The notes below the pieces were generated by a model. That model made no database searches. It had not been told where the DNA came from and saw nothing but the letters and a program-made list of their open reading frames with translations. A DNA stretch of 32,000 bases from Candidatus Saccharimonadota bacterium (lineage in GTDB: Bacteria > Patescibacteriota > Patescibacteriia > 2-12-FULL-60-25): positions 930,001 to 962,000 of the forward strand of contig CP060222.1 of the NCBI GenBank assembly GCA_023898425.1. The letters are read 5' to 3'. The position numbers were made by a program, and so were the translations under genes. Every line of letters begins with the position of its first letter. The first letter of the stretch is position 1. This document shows positions 1 through 7,841 of this stretch, piece after piece.

Positions 1-719
1 TAGATCAGCTTTTGAAACTTCGCTGAGCCCACAGCATCACCCACAGGCGGCCTAATACCTACCTGAGCAATAACAATGGTTGCTACTTCTGGCACAAAAG
101 CGAGTTCTGGATACCGCTCGCGCAACTCCTGCATCGAGGTGCTCTTACCAGAGCATGGCCCACCCGTCAGAACAACCATCGGCAGCGGAGTGACTGACAT
201 GAGCGTAAGAAGCTGGTTTGGATCTACGTTCTCGGTAAGCATGGCGCTTGCTTCGGCGAGGGCCAAATTATTAATCGAATTTGTTACTTCTTGATCCATC
301 TCAAGAAAATCCGGAAAAGGCGGCAGCTCCTCATCTTCTGATAAAAGTTCACGCTCGAGAAGCACAAGACCCTTTAGCGGACCCTCAAAAATATCCAACT
401 CCCAGCCATCAAAAGTATATCTCGTCTTGGACAGGGTAAAGACACAAGCGTCGAGTGCCGCCTTACCGATATTCTCATTTATTACCGTCGTCTCAATCTC
501 GTCTCGCGAGATCCCAGAACCACGTTTTACGGTAAAAATAGTCGTACTATTGTTTTTGATGCGTACTCGCATCGTTTTTCCGGGCAATGAACCAAAGTAT
601 CCTTGCGAAATATGATCCTTGGTACATCCTGACAATGGCTTATTTGTCTTGATGCGCTTCACAAGAAAGCGCCGCTCAATTTCGATACTTGTTTTGCTAC
701 TTGGCGCAGAAGAATCCAC
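1..719 (-). CDS. CYTH (triphosphate-tunnel) domain fused to a P-loop NTPase/kinase-like domain; 3' end runs off the left window edge
   Basis: Absent from the ORF track because there is no stop inside the window. My minus-strand translation from GTG at 719 gives VDSSAPSSKTSIEIERRFLVKR (ExExK-type CYTH N-terminal motif). It continues in frame to MSVTPLPMVVLTGGPCSGKSTSMQELRERYPEL (Walker A). An in-frame stop at 747-749 limits the start. GTG 719 is the first candidate start. Confidence 0.6.
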   Translation of the reverse strand, partial: MDSSAPSSKTSIEIERRFLVKRIKTNKPLSGCTKDHISQGYFGSLPGKTMRVRIKNNSTTIFTVKRGSGISRDEIETTVINENIGKAALDACVFTLSKTRYTFDGWELDIFEGPLKGLVLLERELLSEDEELPPFPDFLEMDQEVTNSINNLALAEASAMLTENVDPNQLLTLMSVTPLPMVVLTGGPCSGKSTSMQELRERYPELAFVPEVATIVIAQVGIRPPVGDAVGSAKFQKLI

Positions 720-882
720 GGCAAACCTCTTTGTGAAAGACCTGGTTCAATCGTAGTCCTCTCGTAAACCATCGTCAAAACTATTAGAGAAAAGTATTTT
801 TCTTTTTGTTATGCACATTTCTTCCACAGCGATGTCAAAAAGTTGACACACTTATACACAGCTGGAAATATCGTGACTAACT

Positions 883-2286
883 ATGGATCTTCAAGCGTTG
901 TGGCAAGCTTCACTAGGTGAACTTGAGCTCTCTCTCACGAAAGCAAATTTCACGACCTGGTTTAAAAATACCTACTTAGCCCAGATCGAAGGCTCAAAAG
1001 CGACCGTTTGTGTCCCAAACACATTCACACAAGCTTGGTTACAAAAGAAATATAACGATCAAATTGTTCGTGCTTTGCGTAATGCGTCCAATCTACCTGT
1101 CCGTGAGATCGTTTATCGCGTTGAGGTGAAAAACACTACTCAAATCGCTTTAGAAAACACCCCCGCACCAACAGCGAGCGGCATGTACAGCGAATCTTCA
1201 CAGGCATTTGCTACCGAAGCCCCTGTATCTACACCACAAACACATTCTTCTAACGATATTGGGCTTAATCCTCGCTATCTTTTTAATGCGTTTATTGTAG
1301 GTAAAGGCAATGAGCTTGCTCATGCCGCCTGCCAAGCCGTTGCAAGTAAAATCGGTGAAGTCTATAACCCATTATTTATCCATGGTGATGCTGGTATGGG
1401 TAAGACACATCTTGTTCAAGCTATTGGGCATCACGTCTTACAAACAAACCCAAATGCGAAAGTTCGTTATGTTTCTTGCGAACGTTTTGCAAATGAATTC
1501 ATTCAATCGGTACGCAGTGGTCGCATGAATGAATTTAAAGATCGTTATCGTTTGGTAGATGTGCTCCTTATTGATGATATTCAATTCTTACAAGGCAAAG
1601 AAGGTACACAAGAAGAGTTTTTCCATACCTTTAACGCACTTCATCAAGCAAATAAACAGATTGTTATTACATCGGATCGTCCACCAAAAGACATTCAAAC
1701 GCTCGAAAGTCGTCTCCAATCGCGTTTTGAATGGGGCATGATGGCAGACATCTCAAAACCTGATTTTGAAACACGTGTGGCAATCTTGCAGGCAAAAACA
1801 CGCGAAAAGAACTATCCACTCTCTGTTGATATTCTTCACACAATCGCAGGATCCATTCAATCAAATATTCGTGAGCTTGAGGGAGCATTAAATAAAATCA
1901 TCGCCTACCATCAATTTAAAAACATTCCTCCAACGCTTGAATCTGTACAGCCATTATTACAGAGCTTCACGCCTACCATTACCAAGCGTTCGATCACTCC
2001 AAAACTTCTTTTAGAGACGGTAAATACCTACTTTGATATCACCATGGAAGAAATGCTTGGTAAAAGCCGTGAAAAGCGCCTCGCTCATCCAAGACAAATC
2101 GCCATGTACATGCTGAGAGAAGAGATTAAGTGCTCTTATCCTGCTATCGGTGACCAGGTTGGTGGACGTGATCACACCACCGCAATGCATGCCTGCGAAA
2201 AAATCACGAACCTCATCAAGACCGATGAGCAACTCAAGCAAGACATCACTCTTCTACGAGAAAAGATCTATAATCAGAGTCATTAA
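883..2286 (+). CDS. dnaA: chromosomal replication initiator protein DnaA
   Basis: 467-aa ORF. The N-terminus (LWQASLGELELSL) is typical of DnaA. It has an AAA+ Walker A (GDAGMGKTHL), a Walker B (LLIDDIQFL) and a C-terminal DNA-binding helix-turn-helix region (HPRQIAMYMLRE ... GGRDHTTAMHA). dnaN lies downstream. Confidence 0.97.
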   Translation: MDLQALWQASLGELELSLTKANFTTWFKNTYLAQIEGSKATVCVPNTFTQAWLQKKYNDQIVRALRNASNLPVREIVYRVEVKNTTQIALENTPAPTASGMYSESSQAFATEAPVSTPQTHSSNDIGLNPRYLFNAFIVGKGNELAHAACQAVASKIGEVYNPLFIHGDAGMGKTHLVQAIGHHVLQTNPNAKVRYVSCERFANEFIQSVRSGRMNEFKDRYRLVDVLLIDDIQFLQGKEGTQEEFFHTFNALHQANKQIVITSDRPPKDIQTLESRLQSRFEWGMMADISKPDFETRVAILQAKTREKNYPLSVDILHTIAGSIQSNIRELEGALNKIIAYHQFKNIPPTLESVQPLLQSFTPTITKRSITPKLLLETVNTYFDITMEEMLGKSREKRLAHPRQIAMYMLREEIKCSYPAIGDQVGGRDHTTAMHACEKITNLIKTDEQLKQDITLLREKIYNQSH

Positions 2287-2665
2287 CATGTTAAGCGGAG
2301 GATAAACCCAGGTTATCCACATTATCTGGGGATAACTATCTGTTTTTCACAAGATTAGACCTCGCGATCAAAGCTTTATTTCTTAAAGCAGTGGTCGCGA
2401 GGTCTTGTGTATAAAGCTGTGTGTTTATGGGTCTAAAGCTTGTGGATGAAGAAAGGATAACTTTGATCACTTTAAATGATGTAGCGACTAGTACACAGCG
2501 AGTCCCTTATAGGTGCACAGAGCTTGTGGGTAAATAAACTTAGATACTTGCCTAAGCATAGCGGTTATTTGAGCTATCCACACTGTCCACACCCCTTACT
2601 ATTACTACTGTTTTTATACATAACTTGATTCTTCTAACCCGGGATGAAAAGATCTTCTTATCGAT
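2287..2665. other. candidate oriC: DnaA-box cluster plus AT-rich stretch in the dnaA-dnaN spacer
   Basis: The perfect box TTATCCACA is at 2313-2321. One-mismatch boxes are at 2406-2414 (tgtgtataa), 2441-2449 (tgtggatga), 2525-2533 (tgtgggtaa) and 2574-2582 (ctatccaca). A 7/9 box is at 2583-2591. An AT-rich run (ttactattactactgtttttatacataacttgattc, about 2596-2633) lies next to dnaN. Confidence 0.6.
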
Positions 2666-3799
2666 ATGCATATAGCTTGTACCCAAGAAAACCTCTTACA
2701 AGGTTTATCACTCGTGAGTCATATCACGGCCAAACAAACAAACCTTCCTATCCTAGGAAATGTCTTATTAAAGACTGAGGGAGGTGGTTTAAAATTATTC
2801 TCTACAAATCTTGAGATGGCGATTAGCGCTCAAGTTCGTGGAGTTGTTGAAGCACAAGGAGAATTTACCGTCCCTGCAAAACTTCTACAGGATTATATTT
2901 CGCTCCTCCCTTCGGGTAAGGTGGAGCTTATTGTGAAGGATGATATTTTAGAGGTACGAGCCCATGGTTCATCAACGACGATGAGGGGGATGCCTAGCTC
3001 TGAGTTTCCACTTATCCCGAAACTCGCTTTAGATGCTGGCTACCAGATCAATGCCGAAGCGCTCAAACTCGCCATTTCGCAAACAGTCTTTGCTGTATCA
3101 GCTTCGGAGGCTCGCCCAGAGCTTGGTGGTGTCGCTTGTTTCTTTAATAGCGAGAACGAAGAAGAGAAAGTGGTTTTTGCTGCCACAGATTCTTATCGTT
3201 TGTCAGAGCGTATTTTTCATATCGAAGGTGGTAGTAAAGAAGCGAAGCACTGTATTGTCCCTTCTCGAGCAATGCAAGAAATGGGACGTATTATCTCTGC
3301 GTATAAAGACGATGTTGATATGCCTGAAACAATCGACTGGTCTATTACAGAAAGTCAGATGGTGATGACCTACGGTAAAGTTGAGCTTATCTCGAGGCTT
3401 ATCGAAGGGAGTTTTCCTCCCTACCGACAAATCATGCCTTCTGAAAGTAAAACAAAATGTATTGTTGCTAAGTCAGAGCTTCAAAAAGCGATTAAAGCTG
3501 CTTCATTATTTGCTCGCCAAGGGGTATTTGATATCCATGTAGAGATCGATGCAACCAAAGGTATGACAATTTCGTCCTCTGATACTGGGACAGGAGCTCA
3601 TAGCTCGACCCTGAAGGCCGATATAAGCGGAGAATCAGTAAACAAGGTAATACTCAACTACAAATACTTCTCAGATGGTCTGAGCGTCCTCACAGGCGAT
3701 CAAGTAGAATTTCAATGTATTGATGGAATGAATCCCGTTACACTCTCAAGTAAAGGCACCGAAGGATTTAGTTATATCATCATGCCTATTCGCTCATAA
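2666..3799 (+). CDS. dnaN: DNA polymerase III beta sliding clamp
   Basis: 377-aa ORF directly after dnaA. The length and sequence pattern fit the beta clamp (LLQGLSLVSHI ... PILGNVLL ... ATDSYRLSE ... EGSFPPYRQIMP). Confidence 0.95.
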   Translation: MHIACTQENLLQGLSLVSHITAKQTNLPILGNVLLKTEGGGLKLFSTNLEMAISAQVRGVVEAQGEFTVPAKLLQDYISLLPSGKVELIVKDDILEVRAHGSSTTMRGMPSSEFPLIPKLALDAGYQINAEALKLAISQTVFAVSASEARPELGGVACFFNSENEEEKVVFAATDSYRLSERIFHIEGGSKEAKHCIVPSRAMQEMGRIISAYKDDVDMPETIDWSITESQMVMTYGKVELISRLIEGSFPPYRQIMPSESKTKCIVAKSELQKAIKAASLFARQGVFDIHVEIDATKGMTISSSDTGTGAHSSTLKADISGESVNKVILNYKYFSDGLSVLTGDQVEFQCIDGMNPVTLSSKGTEGFSYIIMPIRS

Positions 3800-3851
3800 T
3801 GAGCGATATTGATGAGGATAAGTTATCCACTTATACATAAAAAGTTATACA

Positions 3852-3875
3852 CAAAGCCCCCAATTGGGGGCTTTG
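3852..3875. terminator. hairpin between convergent dnaN and the PBP gene (possible bidirectional terminator)
   Basis: caaagccccc aatt gggggctttg forms a perfect 10-bp stem with a GC core. It sits between the two convergent stop codons and is followed by ttatt. Confidence 0.55.
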
Positions 3876-3878
3876 TTA

Positions 3879-6719
3879 TTACGGGGTTATTTTTAGTTGT
3901 TCGGTTACTAAGTCTATAGTTTCACCATCTTTTTGTGTCGCTTCTGCTTCTACCGTGTACTCGCCGGTAGCTGGTCCAGCAGAGAGCGTGAAACCCGTCT
4001 GCTCTTCTGTAGGAAATTGTATCGACCCTACAAGAATACGTTCACTGGTGTCTTTGTTAACTAGAGTGACGGTTATTCTTTGATAGCGCGTTGGTTGATC
4101 CGAGTGAATGATAAATGATCTCGGAAACGAAGACCTAGACCATCGTTCATTTCGTTGTGGTGAAAGAAGATTAAAGCCAGAGAGTGAGGCATCGGGAGCT
4201 GCCGTAAGATTGATTTGAATAACCTTTTCATCAAAGGCGCCCAACTCGTCTTCTGCACGTATCTTTAGTGTTCTGTAACCAGATTCAATGCTATTTGGGA
4301 TTGTTGCGTAAATAGTCCAAGGGTAATTGTTCGCTGTACCAATAAGGATGTCATCTATTGTGACGGATACGGTTTTTATTGTTCTTGGTGATTCTACCGA
4401 GGTTTGTATCGTAAGATTTCGACTCGATATAGTTGTATTATCTTGAGGTGATTGAATGGTGAGATTTGGTTTATTTTCTGGCGTAAATAGATCGTCGCTT
4501 TCTGTTGGTGCTGTTGATGTCGCCATCCATTGTGTCTTTTGTACGTAGGACTGAACACCTGCCTCCCAGTTAACAAATTGCGGATCAGCGGCAGGATTAA
4601 CAGGGTTCGGACCTAGTGGATTGTCTTTATCAATGTAATAAAGAATTGTATGCGCTTCATGTACTAAGCGTTCTTCAACAAGATCAGGAGGGGTAAATTC
4701 GGTTGCGAGTTTATTGTTTAATTTATTTACCTTAACAAGTCTCTCTACGTTTTGACCAAGGATGGCGAGTTTATCGGTATTCGATGGTGCTGGTTTGATA
4801 AACGTTTCTTTTTCCATTCCTTGTGTAGCGCGACGCATATAGTTTTGCCAGATAGGTGCAGCGATAATGGAGCCGTCAGCACCACTCTTCATTTCTTTTC
4901 CGTCGGTATTACCTACCCAGACAACGCTTACGAGGTTTGGTGTAAATCCTGCTGTCCACGCATCTTTATTGTTATTTGTTGTACCAGTTTTAGCTGCCAC
5001 TTGGCGGTCCGGTAAGGTGAGGCTGTTTTTGCTACCAAAGATAAATGTACGAGCATTATTATCGGACATAATATCTGTAAGCAGTCTTGCAACCTGTGGT
5101 TCGACAACCTGTTTTGCTTCGGGGTCTTTCCATTCTTCAAGAACAGTACCATCAGGCTTTTCTACCTTAAGAATGGCAGCGATAGGTTTTTGTTTGCCGT
5201 CTTGAGCAAATGCCGCAAAGGCATTTGCATGCTCAAGAGCCGTAACAGTACCGCCACCAAGTCCAATTGATAAGCCAAAATCAGAACGGTTTTCAAAGGT
5301 GGTATAACCAAGTTTTTCTGCAAAATCGATAACACCGCCTACGCCAACAAGATAGGTTGCTTTTACCGCAGGGATATTAAGTGAACCAGCTAAAGCAGAC
5401 CGTAAGGTAACAGGACCATGCTCTCTAAAGTCATAGTTTTTTGGTTCATAGTTTCCAACGTCTGTTTTAAACGTCGTAAGAACATCCCAGATTTTTGTTT
5501 CTGGAAGGTAGCCTTTCTCAAAAGCTGCAGCATAAATAATAGGTTTAAAGCTAGAACCTGGTTGGCGATTACGACTCAATGTTACGTTTACTTCACCTTG
5601 AATACTTTTATCAAAGTAATCTTTAGAACCAACCATGCTCATGATTTGACCTGTTTTAGGGTCAAGAGCGATAAGTGCTGCATTGCTAAAGTTATAACGA
5701 GCGCCACGACTCTCTACGCCTTTTACAATTTCATCTTCGGCGATTTTTTGTTTATCGTAATCGATCGTTGTGATGACTTTAAGTCCACCGCGTTCTACGG
5801 TGCTGATTCCATATCGTTCAACAAGCTCACCTTTTACATACATCACAAAGTGTGGAGCTTCGATATTGCCAACGGTACGAGGTTTAAGTTTTTTTAATGT
5901 ATCAACAGCAACGTTAGCATCATATTCTTCTTGGTTGATGTAATCTTGTTCTTTCATTTTTTCTAAAACAAGATGTTGTCTATTTTTTAGCGCCTCACGC
6001 TGATCGCCGTAGTAACCGTTGCCATAAGGGTTAAAGTATTCAGGACGCTGAATAATCGCAGCAAGAAAAGCAGATTCATCAATCGTTAAGTCTTTTGCGG
6101 ATTTGCCAAAATATGATTGTGAAGCAGACTCAATACCATAGAGGTTTGAGCCAAACGGAATTTCGTTAAGATAGAGCTGAATGATTTGTTCTTTGCTTAA
6201 CTTGCGTTCGATTTGTAATGAGATGATAACTTCTTTAATTTTTCTGATCCACGAACGTTCGGTAGTAAGAATGGCATTACGTACGAGTTGTTGCGTAAGT
6301 GTTGAAGTACCAGAAATGCGTTGGCCTTTAAGAGTGTTTACGATAACAGCACGCGCTAAGCCAAACCAGTAGATACCATTATGTTCATAAAAGCCACGAT
6401 CTTCGATAGAGATAACAGCTTGATACATTGATTTTGGAATATCTTCATAAGCAATCAATGTTCGTTTTTCATCACCGTGAATTTCGTATAAAAGGTGGGT
6501 TCCGGTGCGATCATAGATCTGCGTGGACTGGGCAACCTCTCTTGTAATCAAAGAATTAGGGTCCGGAAGGTCGCGACTTACCCAAGCAGCGAAAACCGTG
6601 AAAACAAATAATGAAAGCGCGAATAATCCAAGCGCAATAAGGCTAAGAGGTCTGATAATCCGCCAAAACTTGGTCCATTGGCGTCCGGAGGGCTTTTTTA
6701 CGTTCATTTCATTTGGCAT
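3879..6719 (-). CDS. PBP1A-family bifunctional peptidoglycan glycosyltransferase/transpeptidase with a long C-terminal extension
   Basis: 946-aa ORF with an N-terminal membrane anchor. GT51 motifs are present (IEDRGFYEHNG, GTSTLTQQLVRN). Transpeptidase motifs are SSFKP (SxxK), SLN and KTGTT. About 300 residues follow the transpeptidase core. Confidence 0.93.
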   Translation of the reverse strand: MPNEMNVKKPSGRQWTKFWRIIRPLSLIALGLFALSLFVFTVFAAWVSRDLPDPNSLITREVAQSTQIYDRTGTHLLYEIHGDEKRTLIAYEDIPKSMYQAVISIEDRGFYEHNGIYWFGLARAVIVNTLKGQRISGTSTLTQQLVRNAILTTERSWIRKIKEVIISLQIERKLSKEQIIQLYLNEIPFGSNLYGIESASQSYFGKSAKDLTIDESAFLAAIIQRPEYFNPYGNGYYGDQREALKNRQHLVLEKMKEQDYINQEEYDANVAVDTLKKLKPRTVGNIEAPHFVMYVKGELVERYGISTVERGGLKVITTIDYDKQKIAEDEIVKGVESRGARYNFSNAALIALDPKTGQIMSMVGSKDYFDKSIQGEVNVTLSRNRQPGSSFKPIIYAAAFEKGYLPETKIWDVLTTFKTDVGNYEPKNYDFREHGPVTLRSALAGSLNIPAVKATYLVGVGGVIDFAEKLGYTTFENRSDFGLSIGLGGGTVTALEHANAFAAFAQDGKQKPIAAILKVEKPDGTVLEEWKDPEAKQVVEPQVARLLTDIMSDNNARTFIFGSKNSLTLPDRQVAAKTGTTNNNKDAWTAGFTPNLVSVVWVGNTDGKEMKSGADGSIIAAPIWQNYMRRATQGMEKETFIKPAPSNTDKLAILGQNVERLVKVNKLNNKLATEFTPPDLVEERLVHEAHTILYYIDKDNPLGPNPVNPAADPQFVNWEAGVQSYVQKTQWMATSTAPTESDDLFTPENKPNLTIQSPQDNTTISSRNLTIQTSVESPRTIKTVSVTIDDILIGTANNYPWTIYATIPNSIESGYRTLKIRAEDELGAFDEKVIQINLTAAPDASLSGFNLLSPQRNERWSRSSFPRSFIIHSDQPTRYQRITVTLVNKDTSERILVGSIQFPTEEQTGFTLSAGPATGEYTVEAEATQKDGETIDLVTEQLKITP

Positions 6720-6756
6720 ATTTGGCTAACGTTAGCGAAAAAACAGAGGTTTAACC

Positions 6757-6785
6757 TTGACTTTTCTTGTCAAAAATAGTATAAT
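6757..6785 (+). promoter_or_regulatory. sigma70-type promoter for the 3D-domain gene
   Basis: TTGACT (6757-6762), a 17-bp spacer, then TATAAT (6780-6785). It lies 24 nt upstream of ATG 6809. Confidence 0.6.
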
Positions 6786-6808
6786 GATTGTCCCAAATTG
6801 GGAAATCT

Positions 6809-7444
6809 ATGATTAAGCCTACAAACCAAGTGTACCAAACTCCAGTGAAAAAAGCGCTTGTAATTGCTGTTCTTGTCGCGCTTTCTGCTACCGAAGTCCG
6901 CGTTCCGGTTGCTGAGGCAGCATCTTCTCTTCCTAACACTCAAGTTTCAACGATTGATACGGCTATTAATGACAACGTTGAAGAAGCCTCCCTTTACTAT
7001 GCGACTAATATCCATGGTGAAGCAGAAAAAGAAGAAGTAACTCCTGTTAAAACCATGTATATGGATATGACAGCTTATACTTCTGCACCTAATGAAACAG
7101 ACGGTTCTCCGTTTATTACCGCTGATGGTTCAGTTGTTCGTGACGGTATTGTTGCAACAAACGCCTTACCATTTGGAACGAAAGTTCGTATTCCATCCCT
7201 TTTCGGTGATAAGATCTTTACCGTTCATGATCGTATGAATCAACGTTATTACTATCGCGTTGATGTATGGATGACAACAAAAAAAGAAGCTTTTACCTTT
7301 GGTGTAAAGCGTAAAGTCGAAATCGAAGTTATCGAAATGGGTGATGGTAAGAAAAACTGGGATCAATGGAAAAACAAAACCGCTGAGTTAAACCGTGTTG
7401 GTAAATACGGTCCTAAACCAGAAGAAGAAGGTATTTGGTTATAA
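6809..7444 (+). CDS. secreted 3D-domain (MltA/RlpA-like double-psi beta-barrel) cell-wall protein
   Basis: The track ORF starts at TTG 6788. ATG 6809 (MIKPTNQ) is more likely given the promoter position. A hydrophobic signal-like segment (ALVIAVLVALSATEV) is present. The C-terminal 3D-domain pattern is MTAYTSAPNETDGSPFITADGS ... FGTKVRIP ... FTVHDRMNQRY ... VDVWM. Confidence 0.8.
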   Translation: MIKPTNQVYQTPVKKALVIAVLVALSATEVRVPVAEAASSLPNTQVSTIDTAINDNVEEASLYYATNIHGEAEKEEVTPVKTMYMDMTAYTSAPNETDGSPFITADGSVVRDGIVATNALPFGTKVRIPSLFGDKIFTVHDRMNQRYYYRVDVWMTTKKEAFTFGVKRKVEIEVIEMGDGKKNWDQWKNKTAELNRVGKYGPKPEEEGIWL

Positions 7445-7459
7445 GCCATCTACCAAATC

Positions 7460-7488
7460 AAAAAATCCTCCTTTCGGAGGATTTTTTG
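7460..7488. terminator. rho-independent terminator hairpin flanked by A-run and T-run (bidirectional)
   Basis: aaaaaatcctcc tttc ggaggattttttg. It lies between the 3D-domain gene stop and the 3' end of tRNA-Cys. Confidence 0.65.
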
Positions 7489-7489
7489 T

Positions 7490-7564
<75 letters not shown>

Positions 7565-7841
7565 CCGTAAAACAGCTACGCTGTCACGGGGCGGTGCCCC
7601 GATCCCGTGCTTTATAGCTGTTTTTTAAAAGACTCGCAAGATACAAAAACGGCGCATCAGGGTTTAATCCCAGGTGCACCGTTTAAGGCTCGATTCCACA
7701 AGCGAAGTAAGTATATCAAAATCTTGTAAAAGCACGCAAGTTTTCGGGGATGGAATGTGGATAACTTATTATAGTAGGTTTTATATTATTTTTCGTTAGA
7801 GAAACGTTTCTTTTTTTCTCCGCAAACGGCACACTACCTTT

